From Chitinophagaceae bacterium (lineage in GTDB: Bacteria > Bacteroidota > Bacteroidia > Chitinophagales > Chitinophagaceae), in contig JANPMI010000223.1 of the NCBI GenBank assembly GCA_031422725.1, positions 973 through 64,972 of the forward strand: DNA of 64,000 bases, read 5' to 3'. The notes under the pieces were generated by a model. It saw only the letters and a list, made by a program, of their open reading frames with translations, searched no databases and was not told the DNA's origin. How positions within the stretch are numbered: position 1 is the stretch's first letter; each line of letters begins with the position of its first letter. Both the position numbers and the translations under genes were made by a program. Shown here piece by piece: positions 36,729 to 46,709 of the stretch.

Positions 36729-37127
36729 CTAATCTTCCGGCGGAAAATGTTCGCCACGGTGACAAGTTTTGCAGCTTACCACATGCAGGTATTCCGGCCT
36801 TTCATTTTTATCAAAGTAGAAATTATTTTTATTGATATCAATAACCATCCGCATCATATTCCGTGCATTTTCTTTCATTGGCTCAGCATCTGATGCATAG
36901 TCAAGACTGTCCTTTATATTTTTCACCGGCACATGACAGAAGTTACATTTAACCCCCAATGCAATATTATAGGTTTGCATAATGCTGTCTAATTTGGCAT
37001 CGCTGATATCTTTGGGCAGTATTTTCAGGTTTCTGTCTTTTTGCTGATAAGGTTTTACAGCAGCCACACCTAACAGTACGAAAACCGTAAGTACAGAAAA
37101 AACCAGCATTTTCTTTTTATGCAACAT
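36729..37127 (-). CDS. small diheme c-type cytochrome
   Basis: N-terminal TM/signal anchor and two CXXCH motifs (CNFCH, CKTCH). Confidence 0.7.
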   Translation of the reverse strand: MLHKKKMLVFSVLTVFVLLGVAAVKPYQQKDRNLKILPKDISDAKLDSIMQTYNIALGVKCNFCHVPVKNIKDSLDYASDAEPMKENARNMMRMVIDINKNNFYFDKNERPEYLHVVSCKTCHRGEHFPPED

Positions 37128-37268
37128 GATTGTCAGACGGGTTTTTGTTTACAAAAGTGGCATTGCCGGATATTTTTACCGGGAAGGAACAATATTGGCT
37201 TTTGACTGATGAAAATACAAATTAACCATCGTTTCCGCTATTAGTAAATGACAATAGGCCATCTTATC

Positions 37269-37276
37269 TACATTTG
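37269..37276 (+). promoter_or_regulatory. candidate -7 promoter box
   Basis: TACATTTG matches TAnnTTTG and lies 19 nt upstream of the ATG at 37296. Confidence 0.3.
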
Positions 37277-37295
37277 AGGTCTTAAAATTTATAGT

Positions 37296-37649
37296 ATGAG
37301 TAATCTTGTAAAAGAGTTTAATGACTACAGAACAAGGATGAACGATGTTATTCTAAGCAAAGACAACCTTGTTATCAAACGCCTCTGGAATCTTGATACC
37401 AATACCTATGCGGAAGGAAGTCTTGATGTTAAAACGAAAGAACTGCTGGGCCTGGTTGCCAGTATGGTGTTAAGATGCGATGATTGCATCAAATATCATT
37501 TAGGGAGATCTTATGAACTCGGCAGTACTACCGAAGAGCTATATGAAGTATTTGCTGTGGCTAATATCGTTGGTGGCACCATTGTTATTCCTCATACGAG
37601 AAGGGCGGCAGAATATTGGGAGGAATTACAGGGAATTAAAAATGAATAA
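37296..37649 (+). CDS. carboxymuconolactone decarboxylase (AhpD-like) family protein
   Basis: 117 aa with a CxxC in CDDCIKYH, typical of AhpD-fold proteins. Confidence 0.72.
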   Translation: MSNLVKEFNDYRTRMNDVILSKDNLVIKRLWNLDTNTYAEGSLDVKTKELLGLVASMVLRCDDCIKYHLGRSYELGSTTEELYEVFAVANIVGGTIVIPHTRRAAEYWEELQGIKNE

Positions 37650-37713
37650 TTAAGAATTATTAATGAATTTTACAGCGGAAAATTCTTAATTTTTCATTCT
37701 TAACTATTAATTG

Positions 37714-38742
37714 ATGTCAACAGAAACTATAGCCCCCGTTTTAACCGCCAAAGATTTTGCCACCGACCAGGAAGTTCGCTGGTGCCCCGGCTGTGGCGAC
37801 TATTCCATCCTTGCCCAGGTGCAAAAAGTAATGCCGACCCTTGGTATTGCCCGGGAAAATATTGTTATCGTTTCAGGAATCGGTTGCAGCAGCCGCTTTC
37901 CTTATTATATGAATACCTATGGTATGCACTCCATACATGGCAGGGCTACAGCTGTCGCTTCCGGATTAAAAGCATCAAGACCAGAACTTAGTGTGTGGAT
38001 TGTTACTGGTGATGGGGATGGTTTAAGTATTGGCGGCAACCATACCATACATTTGCTGCGCAGAAATTTTGATGTAAACATTTTACTCTTCAATAACCAG
38101 ATTTATGGATTGACGAAAGGACAATATTCTCCTACTTCAGAAGAACATAAAGTGACTAAGAGCACCCCGATGGGAAGTATTGACCATCCGTTTAATCCAT
38201 TAGCATTAGCATTGGGTGCAGATGCAACATTTGTGGCCAGAACTATGGACCGTGACCCCAAACATTTACAAGCCATGCTGATCAGGACACATCAGCATAA
38301 GGGGGCATCTTTTTTAGAGATATACCAGAACTGCAACATTTTTAATGATGCCGCTTTTGAAATTTTTACCGAGAAAAGCAGCAAGCCACAGGAAACACTT
38401 TTTCTGGAACAGGGCAAGCCTTTAACATTTGGTGCCAATAATGATAAAGGAATTAAGCTGGATGGATTTACACCAACCGTTGTTAATCTGAACGAAGGAC
38501 ATAGTGCCGGTGATCTGTGGGTACATGATGAACATGATATTTATAAAGCACAGATATTAGTCCGCATATTTGACGACCCGAAAATAGAAGGACATTTGCC
38601 AAGACCATTTGGTGTTTTCTATCAGACCAACAGGAGTTGTTATGAAGATGTGATGGCTGCACAATTAGCAGAAGCCAAATCAAGAAAACCTGCTGATTTG
38701 GATAAATTATTAAAAGGGAATGAGGTGTGGACGATTGTGTGA
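37714..38742 (+). CDS. korB: 2-oxoacid:ferredoxin oxidoreductase beta subunit
   Basis: RWCPGCGDYSIL and TPP-binding VTGDGDGLSIGGNH, NNQIYGLTKGQ. The ATG at 37714 is preferred over the TTG at 37711. Confidence 0.85.
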   Translation: MSTETIAPVLTAKDFATDQEVRWCPGCGDYSILAQVQKVMPTLGIARENIVIVSGIGCSSRFPYYMNTYGMHSIHGRATAVASGLKASRPELSVWIVTGDGDGLSIGGNHTIHLLRRNFDVNILLFNNQIYGLTKGQYSPTSEEHKVTKSTPMGSIDHPFNPLALALGADATFVARTMDRDPKHLQAMLIRTHQHKGASFLEIYQNCNIFNDAAFEIFTEKSSKPQETLFLEQGKPLTFGANNDKGIKLDGFTPTVVNLNEGHSAGDLWVHDEHDIYKAQILVRIFDDPKIEGHLPRPFGVFYQTNRSCYEDVMAAQLAEAKSRKPADLDKLLKGNEVWTIV

Positions 38743-38763
38743 GTTAGTAATTTAAAAATTAAT

Positions 38764-38792
38764 AATGCCTTCAGGTTGCGAAGGCATTTTAA
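38764..38792 (+). terminator. intrinsic terminator after korB
   Basis: aatgccttc-aggttgc-gaaggcatt followed by ttaatt. Confidence 0.6.
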
Positions 38793-38841
38793 TTAATTAA
38801 AAAGATTATATCCATTAAGTTATCTGCCTGAAAACTCCTTT

Positions 38842-39564
38842 ATGAAGCAACTGCTCATCTCAGCATTTTTTATTTTATCTGCGGCTATTGCCAACAGCCA
38901 GTTCTCTTTTAATTACAATGGCCGGGAATACTTTGTTTTAAAGTCAAGTATGTTTAAAGATTCAACAGGCAAGCAATACAACTACAATGAAGCCATGCTT
39001 GTAATGATGGGCGGAGAGTATGAGATTTTCCCCCCAAATCCAAAAGATGCAAGCAAAGGTTTTTTATTATCGGGGATCAGTAAAGAAGAACAATTGAAAA
39101 GGGCCATGGCTGCTCCCAAACCCTCAGAGACAACAGCCTTTAAAACAGGAAAGAAGTTTGATGAGTTTAGTGCCAATGATATGAACGGCAAACTGGTGGA
39201 TACTAAACAACTAAAAGGAAAAGTATTGGTGATCAATTTTTGGTTCACCACCTGCCCGCCCTGCAAGGCTGAACGTCCTTACCTGAATCAAATAGTAAAT
39301 GATTATAAGTCTGATTCTAATGTAGTCTTTATTGCCATTGCATTGGACCAGAAAGAACAGCTGGAACCTTATCTTAAGGAACATGAATTTAAGTATAACA
39401 TTATACCAGCAGGAAAGAAGATAGCCGATTCGTATGATATACCCGGATATCCCACACAGGTAATTGTAGATCAGGAAGGGAAGGTAGCTTTTCACACCTT
39501 GAGTTACTATTACGTTACTGACTACTGGATGCGTAAAACGATAGATGAGCTAAGGGGGAGATAA
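38842..39564 (+). CDS. TlpA-family thiol:disulfide oxidoreductase
   Basis: Signal peptide and thioredoxin fold with FWFTTCPPCKAERPYL. Confidence 0.8.
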   Translation: MKQLLISAFFILSAAIANSQFSFNYNGREYFVLKSSMFKDSTGKQYNYNEAMLVMMGGEYEIFPPNPKDASKGFLLSGISKEEQLKRAMAAPKPSETTAFKTGKKFDEFSANDMNGKLVDTKQLKGKVLVINFWFTTCPPCKAERPYLNQIVNDYKSDSNVVFIAIALDQKEQLEPYLKEHEFKYNIIPAGKKIADSYDIPGYPTQVIVDQEGKVAFHTLSYYYVTDYWMRKTIDELRGR

Positions 39565-39598
39565 ATCGAAAATGTATTCTCTTTTGGAGCATTAAGTA

Positions 39599-40483
39599 TC
39601 AGGTACTGGTAGCCAACTCCCTCGCAGCATTTTCATACACCTTCTTCTCTTTCCTCTTATACCACCATTGCGGCACTGTCTTTTTCATCAGCGTATCAAT
39701 ATTGCGCATACCAATTAAACTCCAGATGCCTTTTACTTTACCTGCAAGAGATGGTTGCAGGGCCCGGAGGCTCATAGCAAAACCACTTTCCAAATATTCC
39801 ATATGGTGCCAATAACCGGCAGGCATAAATAATGTATCACCAGGTTCCAAAATAAAATCAAAGCCTTCGGCAAGCTTCAACGCCGGAAATTTTTCATAGT
39901 CAGGCGAGCCGTTTTGTTCATAGTAATTAGAAAAGTCGGCAAGGCTTAATACTTCATACGGTTTGCGGTAGAGCTTGTGCTGTTCTTTATTAGGAAACAT
40001 CAGCACCCTTTTTCTGCCGGCAAATTGGGTGTGCAGAATATGAGAGAGGTCAATATCGTAGTGCATGTGGGTAATACTGCCGGCACCGCCGGTAAAAAGC
40101 ATCGGGTATTTTTTTACAAAACCCTTCATCAGGTGTTCGGGCCAGGTAAAATCTTTTATCAGTTGCGGGGCATGGTCAAAAATGTTGAACAGGAAAATGC
40201 GCCAGGCAGCAGGGCCACTGCTGATCATGTCAATGTATTCACCAAAGGTTTTGTAATCATCAGCGGTATTGATGGGGGTGTAAGCATCGCTTTTTACATT
40301 GTTGTAAAGCGGTACTTTTTTATCTCCTACTAATTGCTTGAAATAATCCCAGTTCCACCGGGTATTGGCGGGCCAATTGTGGGACAGATTTTTAATTACC
40401 ACAGGCACACCGGGGCGGTAAAAATCTCTTTTAAACACCTCTGGGTCAATTGTATCAAAGGTGGCTACCGGCTTTAACTGCAT
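39599..40483 (-). CDS. cupin-like (JmjC-type) domain protein
   Basis: Candidate metal-binding residues in ITHMHYDIDLSHILHTQ and PAGYWHHMEY, consistent with the JmjC/cupin_8 pattern. Confidence 0.7.
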   Translation of the reverse strand: MQLKPVATFDTIDPEVFKRDFYRPGVPVVIKNLSHNWPANTRWNWDYFKQLVGDKKVPLYNNVKSDAYTPINTADDYKTFGEYIDMISSGPAAWRIFLFNIFDHAPQLIKDFTWPEHLMKGFVKKYPMLFTGGAGSITHMHYDIDLSHILHTQFAGRKRVLMFPNKEQHKLYRKPYEVLSLADFSNYYEQNGSPDYEKFPALKLAEGFDFILEPGDTLFMPAGYWHHMEYLESGFAMSLRALQPSLAGKVKGIWSLIGMRNIDTLMKKTVPQWWYKRKEKKVYENAARELATST

Positions 40484-40599
40484 GGCAATTCTTTAGTTTT
40501 TGTAAAGATAAGTAGCGGTGAAAATACGAATTGCCGGTTAAATGACGATTTAAGGACAAGGATTTGCTAAAACTTGTATTTTTAAAGCGAACCTGCAAT

Positions 40600-41208
40600 A
40601 TGTTTTTACAAATTCATCCCCATAATCCCCAGCCCCGGCTGATAAAACAGCTGGTGGAAAGCCTGCAACAGGGAGGCATCATCATTTACCCAACCGATAC
40701 GGTATATGGGCTTGGGTGTGATATACTCCAGCAAAAGGCAGTGGAACGGATATGCCGCATCAAACAGGTGGACCCTAAAAAGGCGCAACTTTCTTTTGTT
40801 TGCAGCGACCTGTCGCACCTCAGTGATTTTACAAAGCCGCTATCCAACCCAATCTACCGGATGCTGAAAGAATATTTACCCGGCCCCTACACTTTTATTT
40901 TGCCCGCCAGCAAAATGGTCCCCAAAATTTTGCAAAGCAAAAAAGATACAATCGGTCTTCGTATTCCAGCCAATAATATTGCGATGGCAATTATTAAAGA
41001 ATTAGGCCGCCCGATACTCAGTGCTTCTCTTCCAGGAGAAATGCCGGAAGACTATACAGACCCGGAAGTGATGTATGAAAATTTTATGAACGAAGTGGAC
41101 TATGTGATTGATGGTGGCATTGGCGGCACGGTACCATCAACCGTTGTTGATTGTACCGGTGATGAGCCGGTGCTGATACGGGAAGGGCTGGGGGAGTGGA
41201 ATAATTAA
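40600..41208 (+). CDS. tsaC: L-threonylcarbamoyladenylate synthase (YrdC/TsaC type)
   Basis: IIIYPTDTVYGLGCD, TIGLRIP, PILSASLP, STVVDCTG. The ATG at 40600 is preferred over the TTG at 40564. Confidence 0.85.
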   Translation: MFLQIHPHNPQPRLIKQLVESLQQGGIIIYPTDTVYGLGCDILQQKAVERICRIKQVDPKKAQLSFVCSDLSHLSDFTKPLSNPIYRMLKEYLPGPYTFILPASKMVPKILQSKKDTIGLRIPANNIAMAIIKELGRPILSASLPGEMPEDYTDPEVMYENFMNEVDYVIDGGIGGTVPSTVVDCTGDEPVLIREGLGEWNN

Positions 41209-41223
41209 TCGTTCTTCAAACAT

Positions 41224-41811
41224 TTATGCATTTTCAGGTAATAGCCTGAAACTTTTACGATGATATTCGCATAATCCAAATTTTTGAATTGCATGCCGGT
41301 GTGCAAGTGTGCCATATCCCTTATTGCTATGCCATAAATAATGAGGGAATTGATTATGCAGTTGTATCATGTACTCATCCCGGTAAGTTTTGGCTAAAAT
41401 GCTGGCAGCTGCAATAGAAGAAAAACGGCCATCTCCTTTTACAAAACATTGATGCGGTATTTTTTTATAAGCAGTAAAGCGGTTGCCGTCAATCAGCAGC
41501 AGTTCAGGATTAACCATCAGCTTATCCAATGCAAGATGCATGGCTTTGAAAGAAGCTTTCAAAATATTTATCCGGTCTATTTCATCATTATCAATGCTGG
41601 CTACCGCAAATGCCACTGCTCCCACTTCAATTATTTTTCTCAACTCATTTCTGTCTTTTTCTTTTACCTGCTTACTGTCATTTAATAATGGATGATGAAA
41701 ATCTTGGGGTAAAATAACCGCCGCTGCAAACACCGGTCCGGCATAGCACCCACGGCCGGCCTCATCGCAGCCGGCTTCTATTCGATCTTGCTGGTAAAAA
41801 GGGTTCAGCAT
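41224..41811 (-). CDS. rnhB: ribonuclease HII
   Basis: CDEAGRGCYAGPV, LNDSKQV, IDGN, ASILAK. Confidence 0.9.
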   Translation of the reverse strand: MLNPFYQQDRIEAGCDEAGRGCYAGPVFAAAVILPQDFHHPLLNDSKQVKEKDRNELRKIIEVGAVAFAVASIDNDEIDRINILKASFKAMHLALDKLMVNPELLLIDGNRFTAYKKIPHQCFVKGDGRFSSIAAASILAKTYRDEYMIQLHNQFPHYLWHSNKGYGTLAHRHAIQKFGLCEYHRKSFRLLPENA

Positions 41812-41832
41812 ACAGGTGCAATTTCATAAATA

Positions 41833-42966
41833 ATGCTGAACAAAAATTATTTTCACCCGGTGGCTGCATTTAACTTTGCGGCCACCATGAAAGAAAGAAA
41901 AATTCCCCGTTCTTCAAAACCTGTTGCCATCTGGCTGCTGGTAGGGGTAGCAATGATTATTATCCAAATTCTATTGGGCGGGATTACAAGATTAACCGGT
42001 TCAGGGTTGTCCATTACAGAGTGGAAGCCTATCATGGGAGCCTTACCACCGATGAACGAACAGGACTGGAACACAGCTTTTGAAAAATATCAGCAGATAG
42101 CCCAGTATAAGTATCTCAATTCACATTTTACATTGGGAGATTTTAAATTTATTTATTTCTGGGAATGGTTTCACCGGGTGTGGGCAAGATTGATAGGGAT
42201 TGTATTCATTATTCCATTTATCATCTTTATACTACAAAAGCGTTTTAAAAAGGATATGATACGGCCGATGATTATTCTTTTCCTGCTCGGGGCTTTGCAA
42301 GGGTTAGTGGGATGGATAATGGTGCAGAGTGGCCTGGAAGATTCAGAACTCTTATATGTAAGTCATTATAAACTGGCTATTCATTTTATTTTAGCACTTG
42401 GACTTTTATGTTACACCGTTTGGTTTGCATTGGATTTATTAATTCCCAGGGAGCAAATCACTTTTCATAGGCCATTGCGAAAGTTTGCCAGTTGGATTCT
42501 TGTATTATTAATTATTCAACTTGTGTATGGGGCTTTTATGGCAGGATTAAAAGCAGCTTCTTTTGCACCCACATGGCCCTCTATTAATGGTGCCTGGTGG
42601 CCGTCAAATGTTCATTCATTTGGCAACCGGGAGTTTCCGGGGCTTTCTTTTTTAACTGACAACCCCCTGGTGCTACACTTCATCCACCGTAATCTTGCTT
42701 ACATTATTTCTGTTTTGATATTTATATGGTGGTGGCGGGCCAGTAAGGTGAAAGGAACAAAACTGTTTCAAAAAACCAAAGCATTTCCTTTGTTGATTGT
42801 TCTGCTACAACTGTTGCTGGGTGTGCTTACAGTTATTCATGCTGCTGATACCAAAGCATTCCTTTGGTTGGGTGTAGCTCACCAGTTTGCTGCCATGCTG
42901 CTTTTGCTTTCATTAGTATGGATGGTATATATTACCCGGGCAGAACCCAGTATTCAGGGGTCGTAA
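41833..42966 (+). CDS. ctaA: heme A synthase (COX15/CtaA)
   Basis: Eight TM helices with conserved His-containing helices (FWEWFHRVWARL, LHFIHRNLAYI, VAHQFAAML). An alternative ATG lies at 41887. Confidence 0.8.
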   Translation: MLNKNYFHPVAAFNFAATMKERKIPRSSKPVAIWLLVGVAMIIIQILLGGITRLTGSGLSITEWKPIMGALPPMNEQDWNTAFEKYQQIAQYKYLNSHFTLGDFKFIYFWEWFHRVWARLIGIVFIIPFIIFILQKRFKKDMIRPMIILFLLGALQGLVGWIMVQSGLEDSELLYVSHYKLAIHFILALGLLCYTVWFALDLLIPREQITFHRPLRKFASWILVLLIIQLVYGAFMAGLKAASFAPTWPSINGAWWPSNVHSFGNREFPGLSFLTDNPLVLHFIHRNLAYIISVLIFIWWWRASKVKGTKLFQKTKAFPLLIVLLQLLLGVLTVIHAADTKAFLWLGVAHQFAAMLLLLSLVWMVYITRAEPSIQGS

Positions 42967-43028
42967 CATCTTCATTTGAAGAAGCTGGCTTTTATCAGTA
43001 TTTTTAGTTGTAACCATTTTATCTTACA

Positions 43029-45305
43029 ATGAAAGCCTGGCTGCGGGGATTTTTTTATTCTTTTCCCATACAATTGGTGTTCCTGCATTTCAGGAAATAC
43101 CAGGTATTGCTGCTGTTCTGGTTCATCATGTTCAGTACCGTGAACGGAAGTTTTATGAAAACCTTTGGCGCCGATTCATTATTCCTGGCACCGGAATACC
43201 TGGGTAATGTAAATTCTATCAGTTCGGCTATCGTAGGAGCTGCTGTGGGCATGTTTATTATGAGCTGGAATATTTCCAGTTTTATTTTATTCAGCAGGCA
43301 TTTTCGCTTCCTCTCTGCCACTACTAATCCTTTTTTAAAATATTGTATTAATAACTCTATCATCCCCGGAGTTTTTCTGCTCTTTTATTTTTTTAAAACT
43401 TACGAATTCGATCATTATAAAGAACTGATAAGCACTACAGAAATTCTTTTCCTGTTTGGTGGTTTTACAGCCGGGCTGATTTTTATTCTGGCGGCTTCTT
43501 TTATTTATTTTTTTCGGGCCGACCGGTCAATCCTGCGCAGAATGATGCCGGTGATGAGTAATCCCAAATCATATATCACCCACCTGAACCCCATCAAAGA
43601 AGTTTATCATGGGGCAGCATTAATGAAAGTAGAATGGTATTTTGAATCGCCACTGCGGCTGAAACCTGTCCGGGATGTATCTCACTATACTGATGAATTT
43701 GTGGCATCTATTTTTAAACGGCATCACTTCGCCGCTATTCTTTCCGTATTTGCCGCTTTTTTATTTCTTGTCTGCATTGGTTTTTTGCTGGATAACACTT
43801 TCTTTCAATTGCCAGCAGCAGCCAGTATCACTGTTTTTTTTTCCATACTGATTGGGGTAGCCGGTGCCGTTACTTATTTTTTGCAAAGCTGGAGTATCCC
43901 CTACCTGATCGGCTTGCTATTATTGCTGGGTGTTTTTTATAAATTGGACTGGATTGATCCCCGCAATAAAGCTTATGGCCTCAACTATTGGAATAAAAAT
44001 GAACGTCCTTCTTATTCGAGAGAAGGTTTGCTGGCTCTTTGCAATAAAGATAGTGTGGAGGCTGACAAGCAGAATATGATCAGCATTTTAAATACCTGGA
44101 AGAAAAACCAGGATAGTGATAAGCCAATGTTGGTACTGATAAATACCAGTGGCGGCGGGCATCGCAGTGCTACATTTACCATGAGTGTGCTGCAGCACTT
44201 AGACAGCATTACGAAAGGCGGCATCATGCAAAAGATTTTTTTAATCAATGGTGCTTCCGGTGGAATGATTGGTGCTACTTACTTCCGGGAATTATACCGG
44301 CAAAAACAAAAAGGAATGAACATTAACCTGCAGGATGATCAGTACATAGATGATATTGCCGGTGATTTGCTGAATCCGCTGTTTACTTCTTTTTTTGCGA
44401 GGGATTTAATATCTCCGGCACAAAAATTCAAAGTGGGCCCTTATGAGTATGTAAAAGACAGGGGGTATGCCTTTGAACAAAAATTGAGCAGTAATACCAG
44501 GGGGTTTTTAGATAAACAATTGAAAGATTATACAGCTGATGAAAAAGCGGCCAATATTCCGCTGATGTTTTTTAATTCTGTGGTTACAAGAGATGGACGC
44601 AAAATGATTATCAGCACACAGCCTGTCAGGTTTATGATGCAAAGCCCCGCCGATTCTAATAATATTCCGGTGGAAGATCCAGATGCCATTGACTTTGTTT
44701 CCTTTTTTGCCAAACAGGATCCTTACAGTATCCGTATGCTGACGGCTATGCGGATGAATGCTACTTTCCCGGTTGTATTGCCAAATGTCTGGCTTCCTTC
44801 AGACCCCGTTATTGATGTGATGGATGCTGGCCTGCGGGATAACTACGGACAGGAAGCAGCGTTGCGGTTTTTAACTTCGTTTGATGACTGGATAAAACAA
44901 AATACCAGGGGAGTACTGATAATTCAGATAAGAGACAGGGCTGCCGGTGGTTGGGAAGCTCCCTATCTTTCTGATGATATCAGCGATCATATCACCAAAC
45001 CCTTTTTGTTGTTGCAGCATAACTGGTTTAAGATGATGGAGTATTCTCAAAATGGATTACTGAATTATTATACCACGCATAGCGGCAATAATATTTATAA
45101 AGTTGCTTTTCAATACGCAGCTGATAAAGAAGAAAATAAAGCGGCTTTAAGTTTTCACCTTACCCGACGGGAAGAAAAAGACATAATAAATTCCATTCAT
45201 TCAGCAGGTAATCAAAAAAGTTTTGAACGGACACTGGCATTGTTAGCCGCAAAACCCAGCCCGGATTCTACCGTTCCGGTTTTCCGTACACCTTTATGGC
45301 AGTAA
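43029..45305 (+). CDS. patatin-like phospholipase with a large N-terminal polytopic membrane domain
   Basis: About 330 aa of TM helices, then oxyanion GGGHRSA, nucleophile GASGG and catalytic Asp in MDAGLRDNYG. Confidence 0.85.
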   Translation: MKAWLRGFFYSFPIQLVFLHFRKYQVLLLFWFIMFSTVNGSFMKTFGADSLFLAPEYLGNVNSISSAIVGAAVGMFIMSWNISSFILFSRHFRFLSATTNPFLKYCINNSIIPGVFLLFYFFKTYEFDHYKELISTTEILFLFGGFTAGLIFILAASFIYFFRADRSILRRMMPVMSNPKSYITHLNPIKEVYHGAALMKVEWYFESPLRLKPVRDVSHYTDEFVASIFKRHHFAAILSVFAAFLFLVCIGFLLDNTFFQLPAAASITVFFSILIGVAGAVTYFLQSWSIPYLIGLLLLLGVFYKLDWIDPRNKAYGLNYWNKNERPSYSREGLLALCNKDSVEADKQNMISILNTWKKNQDSDKPMLVLINTSGGGHRSATFTMSVLQHLDSITKGGIMQKIFLINGASGGMIGATYFRELYRQKQKGMNINLQDDQYIDDIAGDLLNPLFTSFFARDLISPAQKFKVGPYEYVKDRGYAFEQKLSSNTRGFLDKQLKDYTADEKAANIPLMFFNSVVTRDGRKMIISTQPVRFMMQSPADSNNIPVEDPDAIDFVSFFAKQDPYSIRMLTAMRMNATFPVVLPNVWLPSDPVIDVMDAGLRDNYGQEAALRFLTSFDDWIKQNTRGVLIIQIRDRAAGGWEAPYLSDDISDHITKPFLLLQHNWFKMMEYSQNGLLNYYTTHSGNNIYKVAFQYAADKEENKAALSFHLTRREEKDIINSIHSAGNQKSFERTLALLAAKPSPDSTVPVFRTPLWQ

Positions 45306-45314
45306 AGATTTTTT

Positions 45315-46217
45315 TTAGCGGGGCTGAATCAGCCGGAAGCATTTTTTCTTTACTTCAATTTCCACTTCATCAGCCATTTCTGCAGGATCACCGTCAATAT
45401 GCAACGGGGCTTGGGAAGGATTGCTGATGCTGAGTTTATCCGTTTGAAAGTAAATGATTCCGTGTTTCTTTATTTCAAGGCTACCGGTCTCTAATTTATT
45501 TTTGCCCCTGATTTGTTTAAATGTTTGTACCAGCACACTAAGTTTACTTTGGCTGGTGGCAATGACAATATCCAGCAATCCATCACTCAGGCAGGCTTTG
45601 GGAGCTATAGTGAAATTGTTTCCATACTGGTTACTGTTGGCAATGCTGATAAAATAAGCATCAATGGTAAATCTTTTACCCTTAACCTTTAATTCAAAAG
45701 GATAAGGTGTAGCTGCAAAGAAATTCTTTACCACCTGTTTTATATAAGTTCCAAATCCTCTTTTTGGTTGTTGTGCAAAATCATGCGCCACTTTAGCATC
45801 AAAACCCAAACCACAAAGCATGCAGGCAAATTGCCCGTTAATATAAAAACCATCAATAGCAGCAGGTTTCCCATTGAAAATAATATCCAGGGCTTTGTCC
45901 GGCGCTACTGGAATCTTGGCGGTAAAAGCTAATCCATTACCGGATCCACAGGGAATAATACCAAAATTCACACTGGAATTCATCAGACTGCTTACTACTT
46001 GGCTTATGGTGCCATCACCTCCGGCCACCACTACATCAGTAATCTTTTGTTCTTTTATTATGGACTTCAAAAAAGTATAATCACCGCTTTCAACAGAAGG
46101 AAAAAGCAGGAAAGGAATTTTCTCAGCTTCCGTTCTCTTTTCTATAAGTAGATACAGATCCTTTTTTGGCTTGCTGCCTGAAATGGGATTTATAATATAA
46201 ATGATATGTCGGGACAT
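45315..46217 (-). CDS. diacylglycerol/lipid kinase (YegS/BmrU family)
   Basis: VVVAGGDGTISQV and GIIPCGSGNGLA. Confidence 0.85.
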   Translation of the reverse strand: MSRHIIYIINPISGSKPKKDLYLLIEKRTEAEKIPFLLFPSVESGDYTFLKSIIKEQKITDVVVAGGDGTISQVVSSLMNSSVNFGIIPCGSGNGLAFTAKIPVAPDKALDIIFNGKPAAIDGFYINGQFACMLCGLGFDAKVAHDFAQQPKRGFGTYIKQVVKNFFAATPYPFELKVKGKRFTIDAYFISIANSNQYGNNFTIAPKACLSDGLLDIVIATSQSKLSVLVQTFKQIRGKNKLETGSLEIKKHGIIYFQTDKLSISNPSQAPLHIDGDPAEMADEVEIEVKKKCFRLIQPR

Positions 46218-46220
46218 TCG

Positions 46221-46640
46221 TTATCGCAGCTTCAGTGTACACAAATGTACTCTTCTGATGCGGACTAAAATATCCGGATTAAGGGGGGAGGCCACCGTGT
46301 ATATATTTATTTCTTTTTTCCCGGCAAATAATTTCCGCAGTTTAGACAGGGATATTTTGACCCGGGTGGTGCTGTCAATAGAAAGCAGCTGGTTATCTTT
46401 TTCATCAAAAAACAAAAATGAACGTTTCCAGAAGGTTCGATCAGATTCTGTATAGATGATTTCAAGGTAACCATTCTTTTTCCAGTCCGTTGATTTTATG
46501 TTTTTCAGGTTCTTTGTTTCATCTTCCTGATTGGTGTTAATTAATATTTTATTATGCAGTTTTATTTTCCAGCTATCAGTCTGCGCCTGTGCAAAAAAAC
46601 CGGTTAAAATCAACCCGGTTATGAAGAATAAATTTTTCAT
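46221..46640 (-). CDS. secreted hypothetical protein
   Basis: Signal peptide MKNLFFITGLILTGFFAQAQ. Tightly packed between the fabH-like and lipid kinase genes (3-nt gap). Confidence 0.5.
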   Translation of the reverse strand: MKNLFFITGLILTGFFAQAQTDSWKIKLHNKILINTNQEDETKNLKNIKSTDWKKNGYLEIIYTESDRTFWKRSFLFFDEKDNQLLSIDSTTRVKISLSKLRKLFAGKKEINIYTVASPLNPDILVRIRRVHLCTLKLR

Positions 46641-46709
46641 AGTATGTATAAATTCAATGATCCTGCCAAAATAATGAGTAAAAGTTAATAGCGAAGGCTG
46701 CCGGTTATT

